NCBI GenBank assembly: GCA_002269645.1
Contig: NIVC01000150.1
Coordinates: forward strand, 62,001-126,000
Direction: 5' to 3'
DNA from: Macrostomum lignano
Taxonomy: Eukaryota
DNA length: 64,000 nucleotides
The translations under genes were made by a program, and so were the position numbers. Below are positions 33,170 to 45,400 of this stretch, piece by piece (position 1 is the first letter of the stretch; every line of letters begins with the position of its first letter). The notes below the pieces were generated by a model that did no database searches, was not told where the DNA came from, and saw only the letters and a program-made list of their open reading frames with translations.

Positions 33170-34808
33170 CAGTGCTGGGCGTTAACTAGTTAATTGTTTA
33201 ACTAGTTAATTAACTAGTTAATTTTTTTTAAAAATTGTTAAATTTTCGTTAAATTTTTTATGTATTTAATAGTTAACAAAAATCGATAATTTTTTTCTGA
33301 AGTTAAAGTTAAATGACAAAAGTTAATAATTCCGGGAAATGGAGTTCCCCGGGTTCAAAATCCGCGGGTTTCAACAGCTTGTATGCCATTAAAAAGTAAA
33401 ATTAATACATACATAAAATAACTTCGCCTTTCTAAGCATTATTTAACGCGTCAAAAACTACTATTACATGTATATATTTCAGTTACAAGTTATAATGTAT
33501 AGAATATTCCGGAAGATTCTGGAATCTTCAACTATTATCTATTGATATTCTATCCAAGGACTACTAGAAGTTATCGTTGTACATAGGGATGTCGATTCCC
33601 CGGGGAATTTTCTTATCGGGGACCTGAGGAATTTACTGTCATTCCCTGGGGACCCCAGGGAAAAAAATAAGTAAAAAACGGCGGATAACTTAGATCTTTA
33701 TAAGTCACTAAGTGGCATTTTTTAAACTTTGATTAAAGCTTTGGATGGACTACATGTTCAAGGCGCAAGGGTAAAAACTTTAAGCAATGTTTGTTTAAAA
33801 CTGTATTTGACAACATGGCATCACCAAATCGTGCGCGCACCTTTATCAGAAAGGGTCCAGACTCCGGAGGCGGAAAATGCATACTCAGCAGCTGCACTCG
33901 TGGGAGGATAATTAATGAATGAGACTGTTTTTATAATCGGAATTTTAATTTATTGCAGATGTACATGTAAATAACCATTTTGTCCTGTCTAATACGGAGT
34001 ATTTTGTTATTGTATGACACCCCCTATGCGTCAGTGACTGACACAGGATATGGCGCTGTGCCTGCGTCAAATGTGTCAAGCCGTCAACGCAGACCAACAC
34101 AATAGTCAGTAAGGCTTCTTTTTCCTGATGGGTTTCTACGCTCGTACGTTCAATTTGCTTGATTGAAAGACTCATAGTGAAAAAAAACATTCAAACGGGT
34201 CGCTAATTTCATAAGACCGAAATTTCACAACGCCGAAAATTCTGCATGCAATACAATCCTTATTGTAAAGTTTTATACGATGTGAAATTTTGGTCTTATG
34301 AAGTTTCGGTCTTGTGAAGTATGGTGTTTCGGCGTTGTGAAATTTCGGTCTTATGAACCCCCCCATTCAAACGTGTGTTGTGTTTGAAATAATACATTGA
34401 AATAAGCAGTTTTGCGGTAAAAAAGCATAGACAGAGTTTCAATCAGCTTTCTGTGAATAATTTTCTTATTTAAATGGCAAAAATTTAGTTAAAAATGCTT
34501 TTTTTCTCCCCGGGGTCCCCGGTCTAATTCCCAGGGGAGTATTCCCCAACAAGCTCCCCAGGGTGCCGCGACCTGGCCACAGCCGCGCCGCACCGACCTG
34601 AAATTTAAAAAAACACGCCGAACACATGTCCGGGAAAATGTCACTTTTTCTGTTAGGGAATTATTAACTTTAACTTTTAACTTTTCAGAAGTTAAATTTT
34701 GGGCAAAAGTTAAAAAATTAACTAGTTACAGTTAATTTTTTTGGAGCAATTAAATAAGCTTTTTAACTTTTAACGAGTTAAAAAAATTGATTAACTTGCC
34801 CAGCACTG
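33170..34808. mobile_element. Non-autonomous hAT DNA transposon
   Basis: TIR CAGTGCTGGGC / GCCCAGCACTG; 8-bp TSD GGTTTAGA (33162-33169, 34809-34816); many subterminal AGTTAA motifs; interrupts a ~190-bp tandem repeat. Confidence 0.88.
34197..34363. mobile_element. MULE-type MITE nested in the hAT element
   Basis: 9-bp TSD CATTCAAAC (34188-34196, 34364-34372); G/C termini; ~31-bp inverted arms TTCATAAGACCGAAATTTCACAACGCCGAAA. Confidence 0.75.
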
Positions 34809-36460
34809 GGTTTAGAATACGGAGAATCTTCATTGGGATTGACTTTACCTACCTAAACTTTAATAGAGGCATGGGGGTCTATTGTAGATTAGGTAGATAA
34901 ATTTGGAGACTGAGGGTTCCAGAGTGGAAATGTAATGAAGCTTAAAATAAATAAAAAATTCAGCAAGTTATCAAACATCTCCATCCAGAAAAATTATAAT
35001 CTTATCAAAGTAATTGATATCAGCAGCTATAATTACCTTTCAGAATAGAGAAGACAATGCAGATTAGTAGACATTAAGTATATGTAAACATTTAAAGAAT
35101 GTACAGCTAGTCACAACCATGAGAGAACAATAGCAAATCAAAAGCAGGAGGCAAGGGTGGCTGGCAAACCATGAGTCAGGATTTTTTCATAAAAACACTA
35201 ATATGACATAGCACTCTTGGTGCACTAGATAACAAACTGAGTAAAGATAAATTAGAATAGACACTGCTTTTATTAGAGTTAAAAAATCTAACCTCCTAAA
35301 TGTTTTTTACAATGAATTTATCAAAATTTTAGACAATATTTACCTTTGAGAGCCATGATTCTAAAAAAGTTAATTTTCAAACATACAATTCTCCAAAACT
35401 ACTTGCATCAAATTATCATTAATTACATAGGGGATTAACAAATTGAGCTCCTGTTAACTCTGACGGTAATTTCTTGCAGTTTTCTTTGCTTTATTATCAT
35501 TTTGGACAGCCTCTAAGAGTCTAAGACTCTGGCAAAGGTTTTAGAAAAATCAGAAAATTGGAAGTATTTTACATACTTAAAGTTCAAGAAGTCCAGACTT
35601 TTTAGCCATATAGATAAGTCTATATGTGTCATTTTATGCTTCTCTAGGCCTAGTCTGCTATATATCTGTTTTACATATAGTTTTTGCTGGCTATAGGGCC
35701 CCCAAGTCTAAAATAAAACTGTGTGAAGTTTAAAACAAAAAAGCAAGATAAATAACCCATACTTGTTTGATATAATTATACTATAGATATAATAGGCCTA
35801 ACTTTAGAGAAGAGCGTCTACTTTTGTAAACAAAACGTAGGAAATGAACAACTGTCTTTTTGGCATGGGTCAGGATCAGGATGACACTTGAACTTGAACC
35901 AAAGATAGGGTACAAGGGTACTAGATTAAAAAGGGTACCAGACATTTTACCCGAAAAAAATTATCTCCAGGACACTTCGGCCAGTCAAGTTAAGACGCTT
36001 CGCATAAAATCTTGGATATTTTATCCAAAGGCAAAAAGAGAAGAGGTGAGATTGGTGCGGAGTGCGGATGCGGAGATAGTAGGCTGCCTTTCTAATAAAG
36101 TAGCCGATTTAAAAGAATTAAATGTTTCTGGTTTTAACAACTTTGGAAATGCAAAAATTAATTCATTCAGTCAAAGGTTAATAAAAGACTTTACTAAAAT
36201 TATTTTAGTTACTTTGCTTACTAAATGGTGCTTTGAATTCAATAGATTCTAACAAACTGATATATTGTGCGTCGCGTGTTTTTTTCCATTATTAATCCCA
36301 CTTTCAAAGAAAGATCCTGTCCTGTGCCTGTACTCCAAACTCCTGTGTTATCGTTGTCCTAAATTCACGAGAAAATCAAGCAACACTTTTATCTGATTTG
36401 TAATTATCTACAAAATACAGCACATTATTTAAATTTTAGCTTTGAAATACAATATTTGCT

Positions 36461-39400
36461 ATGTCTGCGGACGAAGTCCTTCCTAAATTTGGACTATTGG
36501 AAGTGAATGACAATCCAAATGGTTGGGGACCATATACTTTGCCAGAGCGGTACCGTGATATGCCATACCAACCATTCTCAAAGGACCAACGAATTGGGAA
36601 GGTAAGTTTAGCTTTAGGGCCTATTTTTGTCTGTTTTTTTATTTTCCTTTCTTATGTTAAATTCTGTTTTCTATTTTCCATAGTCCTATTCCATTGGCTT
36701 GAAAATTTTAGCATGCATTAGCCCTTCATAGTTCATTTGGTGCGCTCAAATCTTAAAAAAATGCATTTGGCATACAAATTGGTATAATTAAAGCTATTTA
36801 AAAACACAAGTATACAGGGTTTTTTGTGCGCAGAGTGTGTGTATGCACCCTAAATTTTAAAATCGCACCCTGAAATTAAAAAAGTAGGTACAGTTTAGGT
36901 GCGGTCTTATAACCATTTTTCTTTAAAGGCTTAACCATGCTTAAGCTATTTTTCATGCATTGCTTTAAAATATGAAATAAAATAACTCTTTAAATCCTAT
37001 TAAGTCATATAGTCAATATAGCCTATGGCTATAGCCTTATGTAAGAGATTAAAATATACATTCCCAGTTGTCTGAAACAAGACTCAAGAGAAATTGCACT
37101 CTGAGCCTTAAAATTGCACCTCGAAATTTGGCACAAGGTGCAATTTTGCACCTTGTCTCTGGCAAAAAAAACCCAGCAAAGTATATCTTCAGTTTCTGTA
37201 ACAAAAGGTATCAACATTTCAAAGAAAAAGGTTGCAGTTAAAAGATGACAAGAGTGCAAATAGAAAAAATAATATTTGAATGTGGTAGTTTGCATTTATT
37301 ATATGCACTATATAAACAATGAATTATTTAAATTAATATATAAAATGAGTATATCAGGACTAAAATTCAGCAATAAGCAAAATTTGCAATGCTGCCAATA
37401 TAAATAATATATACACAAAAACTGTTTTGAGATCAGATGTCAATAACATTTGGTATATAATATATGCAAATGAACTTTTTCATAAAGAAAATAGTTTAAC
37501 AAAACTAAAAAACTATATTTGCTATGTTGAAACAAAAAAATATTAATTTTATCAAAAAATATAATTATATTGATAAGACCATCAATTCCATTTAATAGAT
37601 TTTTAATTTAATCTTAATAAGCTACATTATCAATTGTCTTGAATTGCTATAGGCAACACACCAACATCATATAGCAGTGTATAATTTGCTGTATACACTA
37701 AGCATGTGGCTATATGTCAGTAGAAATGGCTTAGTATTAGGCGTAGCGCAGCACATATTCAAAGGTCTATCTATGTGGGAATTTTTACCAAAGAAGCCTC
37801 TATAAGCTTTCTGGGTTTTTTAAGCTCATAAGAAAGCATTTAAACAAATCTTTGTATATATTTTGTCTACAAATAATATAGACAAAAAAGCAAAAAGAAT
37901 CAACTAAACTATTAGCCAAAAGGTTCTTTTATGCAATCCAAAAAAGGTCAAGGTCATTTATTTTTGCAACACCAGCACAGATTTGAGAGTGTAAGTGTGC
38001 ACTTAAAATTTTTATATTTTTAATTATTTAATTTTTGTTTAAGCATATATCAAGCATGATTTGGACTAGATTTGGATAGATTATATGTATCATAGATTAT
38101 ATATTATCTTGCTAATAACAAAACAAAACTCTAAACTTTTTTAAAGTAATACCCTCTAGCAGCAATGCATTTCTCCATTTGGCAAAACCACTGCTCAAAA
38201 GTTGTGTAAGTAAGGTTGAACTTGGCAGGGTATCCATTGCATATATATAAGCTTGTATGCTGCCTTTGGGATCTCAAATTACTAGTCCCAAATCTGCTAT
38301 TTGACTGTCAAAAATAGGAAAATGTTGTAGGAGACCAGATCTAGCAAGTAGGGTTGGTAAGAGTTAGAGACCAGTTTGACTATATTTTGCTCTAGGAAGG
38401 CAGAAGTCAACTATGCAGTGTAGGTGTTGATTTAGTACAGTGAGAGGCCTTGGGTTCTTGTATTTGGTTGCCTCTAGCATTAAGCACTGATGACTTATGG
38501 AAGGCAATGGCTAGTGTACCATGTCGCAATCACCATGCAATAATCTTCTAGGGGCACCAATACCAGATTGCCAGTTGCCAGAGGTGGTAATGAGGGAGGC
38601 AACCATCTTCTTTCCAATGCTCCAGGGCCTCTACACCTTGGTTGGATGATCATTGCCAAAGAAGTACTAGGCTGTCAACCATACATGCGCAACTTCTGAA
38701 ATTACGCTGGCCGTGCGACTTAGTTTTCGATAAAAAATGCGACTTACCTATAAAAGAGCCAAGCAAAAACTTTAGGTAAACGGCAGGAGTAACTATGACC
38801 ATATTTTTAAAGCTAAATGCCTCGCCAGCTAATCAGTGCTGCGTGCAGATTTCGCGTTCTTATAACAGCTAATCAGTGTCATCTAGTGGCGGCATGAAGC
38901 AATTAGTAAATTGTCAGTACAGTGTAGTGAGCATACTACAAAAGTCATGATTCATGAATGTCCAGAAGTAAGTGAAGTGAATACAGTGTGACCTATAGCT
39001 CAAGAACGATTTGCTAGACGATTTGGCATGGAAGATGAGAGCCCTGATTCAGATGGCTCATCAGATGCAGAATACGAATCCAGTAGAGATACAAGCTGTG
39101 AAAACCCACAGATTTTTAAACCACTGAATTCTAATTCCCGGAACTATTTTTGCATAGATTCTAAATTTGAAGTCATGCTCAAACAAAAACTTGTTAACAG
39201 TTAGGATAAAGGCAAAGATGGGAGTAATGCATGTTAAACTAAGATTTGAGGCCTTTGCAAATTCTCTCCATTCCTCAATCTTCTCATCCTCTTTTTCTTT
39301 TCTCTCTCATCCCTTATCCCTTCTCTCTTTCCTCTCCTCTCTCCTCTCTTTCCTCTCCTCTCCTATCTCTTCTGTCTCCTCTCTATATTCTTATCTCTCC

Positions 39401-42400
39401 TCTCGTCTCTCTCCATTCCACTCTACTCTCTCATCTTATCTTCCCTCTCGTCTCTCTCCACTCTACTCTCTCATCTTATCTCTCCTCTCTTTTCTACTCT
39501 CTCATCTCTCCTCTCTTCACTCTCCTCTCATCTCCTCTTTATCCTCTCTTCTCTCATCTACTCTCTCCTCTTTCCTCTTTCCTCTCTTCTGATCTCATCC
39601 ATCATCTTTTCTTTCCTCTTTCCTCTAATCTCCTCTTCTCTCTCATCTCTTTTCCTCCCTCAGCTTTTCTCTCCTCTTCTATCTTTTCTCCCATCGCATC
39701 GCTCGCCTCTCCTCTGTTTGCTTATCTCTAATCTTCTATTCCCTCTACTTTGAAGTAAGAAAATATGCACATATTTTTGCTGAAGATAAGAGGAGAGAAA
39801 AGGGCATTGAGGAGAAAGGGTAGAGAGAAAGGGGAGAAGAGAGGAGAGTAAAAATGAGAGGAGAGAAAAGAGGGAAAAGGGGGGAGAGAGAGAAGAGGGG
39901 AGGCAAGGTAGAGAAGAAGAGAGAGATTAGAGTTGAAGAGACACCAACCTTGCTGGTTAGGAAGTTTCAAAGAACCTGAGGGGCAAGGGCCAGATAGAGG
40001 GGCTTCGCGAGCCGGAGTTTGCCAACCCCTGCTCCAGAGTTTAAGAAATCAATGGGAAACTGTTGACGCGGGCTTCTGATTTCAAAGATCTTGTCTGTGG
40101 TTGAAGGCTTCTATTCTGTTTTTGCTCTCCTGCCACACTTGCACCTACTACCCCCTGATTGCCTCTGATTGTGACTTACTTCCCTCTTATTGCGACTTAG
40201 TTGCTTCTTTTTGCGACTTACCTAATCCTTTTTGCGACTTACCTAACCCTTTTGCGACTTACCTAATCCTTTTTGCAACTTACCTAATCCTTTTTGCGAC
40301 TTACCTAACCCTTTTGCGACTTACCTGATCCTTTTTGCGACTTAGTTTGCTTCTTTTGCGACTTACCTGATTATTTTTACAACTTAGTTTGCTTCTTTTG
40401 CGAATTGTTTTTCTTTTGCTTCACCATTTTCCCTGAACTGCTCTTTCTTTTGCTTTCCTCTTGCCTTTCTTGGTTCTTGTGTTTTTCTGTTTTTGGTTGA
40501 CTCAATTTTGCGACTTACCCCTGGTCAGCCATGATTTACGGTGGCTGGATCGGCCAGGTCGGCCAGCAGTTGCGCATGTATGCTGTCAACTGATGCTTTG
40601 TCTCTGGGTCATATTGGTACACCTAGGTCTCATCACTACTAGCAATGTCAAAAACCTTCCTTGATGCTCCTCGGGCAAATTCTCTTAGCATTTTTTGCAC
40701 TAGTCTACCTTGACCCATCTTTGCTCCTATGATAACAAATGAGGCACCCACTAAATGCACAGCTTTTACAGGCCTAGGTGTTTGTGTAGGATAAAGTGTA
40801 CCTATCCCAATCCAATGCCCAGTTGACTATAACTCGTCATAGGTTATGTGCCTATTCTTGTTTATTAGTCACTTAGCTTCATTGATGTTGTGCTAGGTTA
40901 CAGCTGTTGATGGCCAACTGTTGCAAACTTCATCATTCAGGCAGGTACACTGCAAATGAAACTTGCAATACCAGTTATACAAAGTCGCTTGAGATAGAGA
41001 CTTATTGGGGAAGGCAGTTGCCAGCCAGGAAAAACATTCTGCTGGTGTCCAGTTGCACTTGAAATCATAATAGATCATTGTGCACAAATCACAATTTTCA
41101 AGCTCCATGACTTTTAGCATAGGATGCCTACTTAATCAAACTTTAACTCAAAGTTAGCTGAGTTAATGGCAACAAGACTTAATATGCATTAATGGCAAAT
41201 AATGTAGTCTATGGGTGAAAGCTAGTGAACAAAAGTTTTACCCCTTTCCTTCCATTCTAAAGACTCCACATGATTTCTATAAAGTGCATGCATATATATA
41301 TTTCTTAAAAGTAATAGATGCCAATTGTGCAGGCCTAACTTTTGGCATACAAGGCCAATGCATACCCAAATTTTTGGGCATATATTACATGATCTGGAGT
41401 GTGGCTACCAGGTGACAGACCAAGGTGGCCATAGACCAATTTGGCCACAAGGCACACCCATTTCTTATTGCTTTAAAAAGAAGGCTAAGAAGAGGGTAAG
41501 ATATAGAAATAGAAGCTCTTTCTCATTAATTCCTCTTATCTCAACCTCTAAGTCCATATCTAAGTCCATTATTTGCCAAACTATCTAGTTTTGGATAGGC
41601 CTAGCTTTTGAATAACTAATAATCAATAATATATTTTTGACAATTAGGTCTATAATTGTTAATAAGTCCTATAGTCAAAGTTATAGTTAAGAACTAGCAA
41701 TCTAGTTGCATTCTATTTTTTAGTTTTGTTGCTTTTTTACTTTAATATACTTTTTAAATACTTTTTTATTAAAAAATTAGCTGTATCTGATACTAGGGAT
41801 CAACCAACCATGATTTTTTAATGCGTGATTGGAACTAGACTATGTATGAAACCATGTGTGACTGTAAATTTTTAATAACATACATTTTAATTTGAACATA
41901 GAACTATAATTACTATTAATACTACCAAGTCTAGTAATTTTTATTGATTTTTAAGCTTTGTTTTATCATGTTTATTGTTTGACTGTATTTTATTATGTGG
42001 ATTTGTTACATCTGTGCTGATTTGTTGCAATTTTGGTTTGCTTTTTACAATTGTATATTTCAGTATATTGTGCTATGACTCATGTGCTAATTCTCATATG
42101 CAACAAGGTCCTAGGAAATCTAGTAGGCCTACTGCTTGAATAGTGAACACAAGGATTGTGTAAAGTTTTTTTGGCATGTACCATTGTCAGATGTCAAAGC
42201 CACTGTGCCATACAGTTTCTTTCATTGAAACAACATGATATTTTAATAAATTTCATTGGATCTCTTTAATGTTCCTCTCCCCTAGTTTGTTGGTGAAGTT
42301 ATTAAAAACTTAGAAATGTCCTACTTGTTTTTTATATTTAAGTTGCTGTTAGATAAAACGGCTTAGTGGCGAGGTGCATTTAAACTAAGCACTAATAAAA

Positions 42401-45400
42401 GTTTTTCATTTCAATTTCTTAGGTTGCTGATTGGACAGGAAATATCTATCAAGACAAGCGCTACCAGAGTAAGTTAAAATTTTAATCATTTTACTAACTA
42501 AGATTATCCAAAGTATGGCTATGACATAATTGGATAATTACCTCAATCAACAGACCGCTACATGTCGCATCTGGCCAACTCTGGCGGCACCCAGTACACC
42601 TACTATCACGAGGAAGACGAGAGCAGCTTTGTACTAGTTGACACACAGAAGACTCAGCCTAGACTGAACCCTAGGCAGAGATTCCAGCGCATTAACAATG
42701 CCCAGCGGCAGAGGCGCGAACGGCAGCGCTTCAGCATGGCCGGCGCTACTGGCTTGGCCAATCAGCAGTTGTCCAAGGCGCAACTGCGAATGAAGCAGCA
42801 ATACCAGAAGAAATGGCTGAAGCAGACGCGCCAGAATCAGGAGTACCAGCGCCGGCCGCAGCGGGCCGTTAATCGCGAATCGTCCGTGCAAGTGCAAGAG
42901 TCCTGGAAAGTGCTAGAAGAGCTGGACTTTGTTCGCTTGTCTAAACTGTCCGTGCCGTTGAACATTGTCACCTCTGGCGAAGACTTGTACGCCTGCGGAG
43001 AGATGGAATACTATGATAAGACCTACGACAGGTGAGACTGTAGTGAGGCGTCTAATTAAGGTATAGATAAAGGCAGCTGAATCCAATGAGTGACTCATAG
43101 TGAGATAGTGGAATTCACCGAGTGACTGTCACTGATAGCTGAGTTCACAGAGGGACTGTCACTAATAGCTGAGTCCACTGAGTGACTGTCACTGATATCT
43201 GAGTTCACTGAGTGACTGTCACTGATAGCTGAGTTCACTGAGTGACTGTCACTGATAGCTGAGTCCACTGAGTGACTGTCACTGATAGCTGAGTCCACTG
43301 AGTGACTGTCACTGATAGCTAAGTCCACTGAGTGACTGTCACTGATAGCTGAGTCCACTGAGTGACTTGTCACTGATAGCTGAGTTCACAGAGGGACTGT
43401 CACTAATAGCTGAGTCCACTGAGTGACTGTCACTGCCCGTCGAACGTTTCACCCGGAATTTTTTCCGGAATTTTGTGATCCGGGCCCGATTTTTAATTGA
43501 TTTCCGGGTGAAGGCCCGGATCAGCTTTTTTGGCCCGGAACAGCCCCTTGTTCCGGAAAAAAATCCGGAAATATGATCCGGAAAATTTTCGGGAAAAGGA
43601 AAGCTGTTCCGGTCTGATTTTCTGGAATTTTTCACCTGGAACACTATGGAATTCTGGGTGTAGACCCGAATTTCAGTAGTGTTCCGGGTGAAAATGTTCC
43701 GGGTGAGATTTCGGGAATTGAGTCGGAATTCTCCAGTGATCCGGACCAACTGATCCGGAAAATTCACCTGGATCAGCTCCCTTGACCCGAATTTCAGCCA
43801 AGTTCCGGGCGAAGCTGATCCGGGAAAATTTCGGGACTTGAGTCGGAATTCCCTAGTGATCCGGACCAACTGATCCGGAAAATTCACCCGGATCAGCTCC
43901 CTTGACCCGAATTTCAGCCAAGTTCCGGGCGAAGCTGATCCGGGAAAATTTCGGGACTTGAGTCGGAATTCCCTAGTGATCCGGACCAAATAATCCGGAA
44001 AATTCACCTGGATCAGCTCCCTTGACCCGAATTTCAGCCAAGTTCCGGGCGAAGCTGATCCGGGAAAATTTCGGGACCGCTGAATACAGACCCCAGCAAA
44101 TGGCTATCCCATCAGGCAATCCCTGGCATCCATTTGGTCAACGGCGCTAATTCCTCTTGGAAAGCGAGGGGTAATAAAGCCTCGAAATTGCAGTGTGAAT
44201 TGATCTGCTTTTTGGCGGCTCTGTAGCGTCCGTAATGTGAGGGTGTGCCCATTCTCCGTACAGGTGACAATTGAAAAATTGTTGCGCCCTGTTTGTGTGC
44301 GAGAGGTTTGACTTCCACTGGCATGTAGTCTATCACAGCTGCTTAGTGTGTCAACGGGCTGAATGATTCTATCGTCATATTTGACGCTTAGAAGCATAAA
44401 ATCAGCCAACCATATTGTTTGGCACAGCTGGGTGTCTAGACGGAGACTGTGGCATGGTTCCAAATAGCTCTAACTGGCCCAGTATGCAAAGCAGCTTTCC
44501 TATTAAGATAGACGCTAATCCGATTTTTGTCGGTACATGCTTCCAGTGGTTTGTCTAAGGCGTTTGCAGTTGCACCAGCCGTGAGCAGATCACGTCTAGA
44601 GAGTCTATACGGACTACTATGGTCGGTAACCATATCGTGTGGCTCAAGGCAGCTGATAAGCTGACCTGCGATGGATAATCAATCCTCGCTTCTGTTGTGG
44701 CTCAAGGCAGCTGATAAGCTGACCTGCGATGGATAATCAATCCTCGCTTCTGTTGTGGCTTAAGGCAGCTGATAAGCTGACCTGCGAGGGGCAATAAAGC
44801 CTCGCTTTGATGAGACAACTTATCTGCTTTTCGGCGGCTCTGTAGCGTCTGTAATGTGAGGCTGAGCCCATCCTCCGTACAGGTGACAATTGAAAAATTG
44901 TTTCGCCCTGTTTGTGTGCGAGAGGTTTGACTTCCACTGGCATGTAGTCTATCACAGCTGCTTAGTGTGTCAACGGGCTGAATGATTCTATCGTCATATT
45001 TGACGCTTAGAAGCATAAAATCAGCCAACCATATTGTTTGGCACAGCTGGGTGTCTAGACGGAGACTGTGGCATAGTTCCAAATAGCTCTAACTGGCCCA
45101 GTATGCAAAGCAGCTTTCCTATTAAGATAGACGCTAATCCGATTTTTGTCGGTACATGCTTCATTGGTTTGTCTAAGGCGTTTGCAGTTGCACCAGCCGT
45201 GAGCAGATCACGTTGTCACGGCTGCTAACAAGAGTACCGGATCCCGGTATTCCGCCACTCTCTGGAAGGGGCCTTTGGATAGAAAGGCCCAAGCGATTGA
45301 AGCGACTGCTTTGGCGCGTGTGCCATCGCAGCAACCGCAGCCGTCACGATGCCCGTCATGCACCACAATGATGGATCAGATTCGGGCCCAAGGCGAAGCC

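Noticed and set aside
39975-40033. Orphan hAT-like TIR (GTTTGCCAACCCCTG)
   Set aside because: No matching opposite end or TSD was found.
40822-40850. GACTATAACTCGTCATAGGTTA resembling an I-CeuI/23S rRNA site
   Set aside because: The match is too short and mismatched to support.
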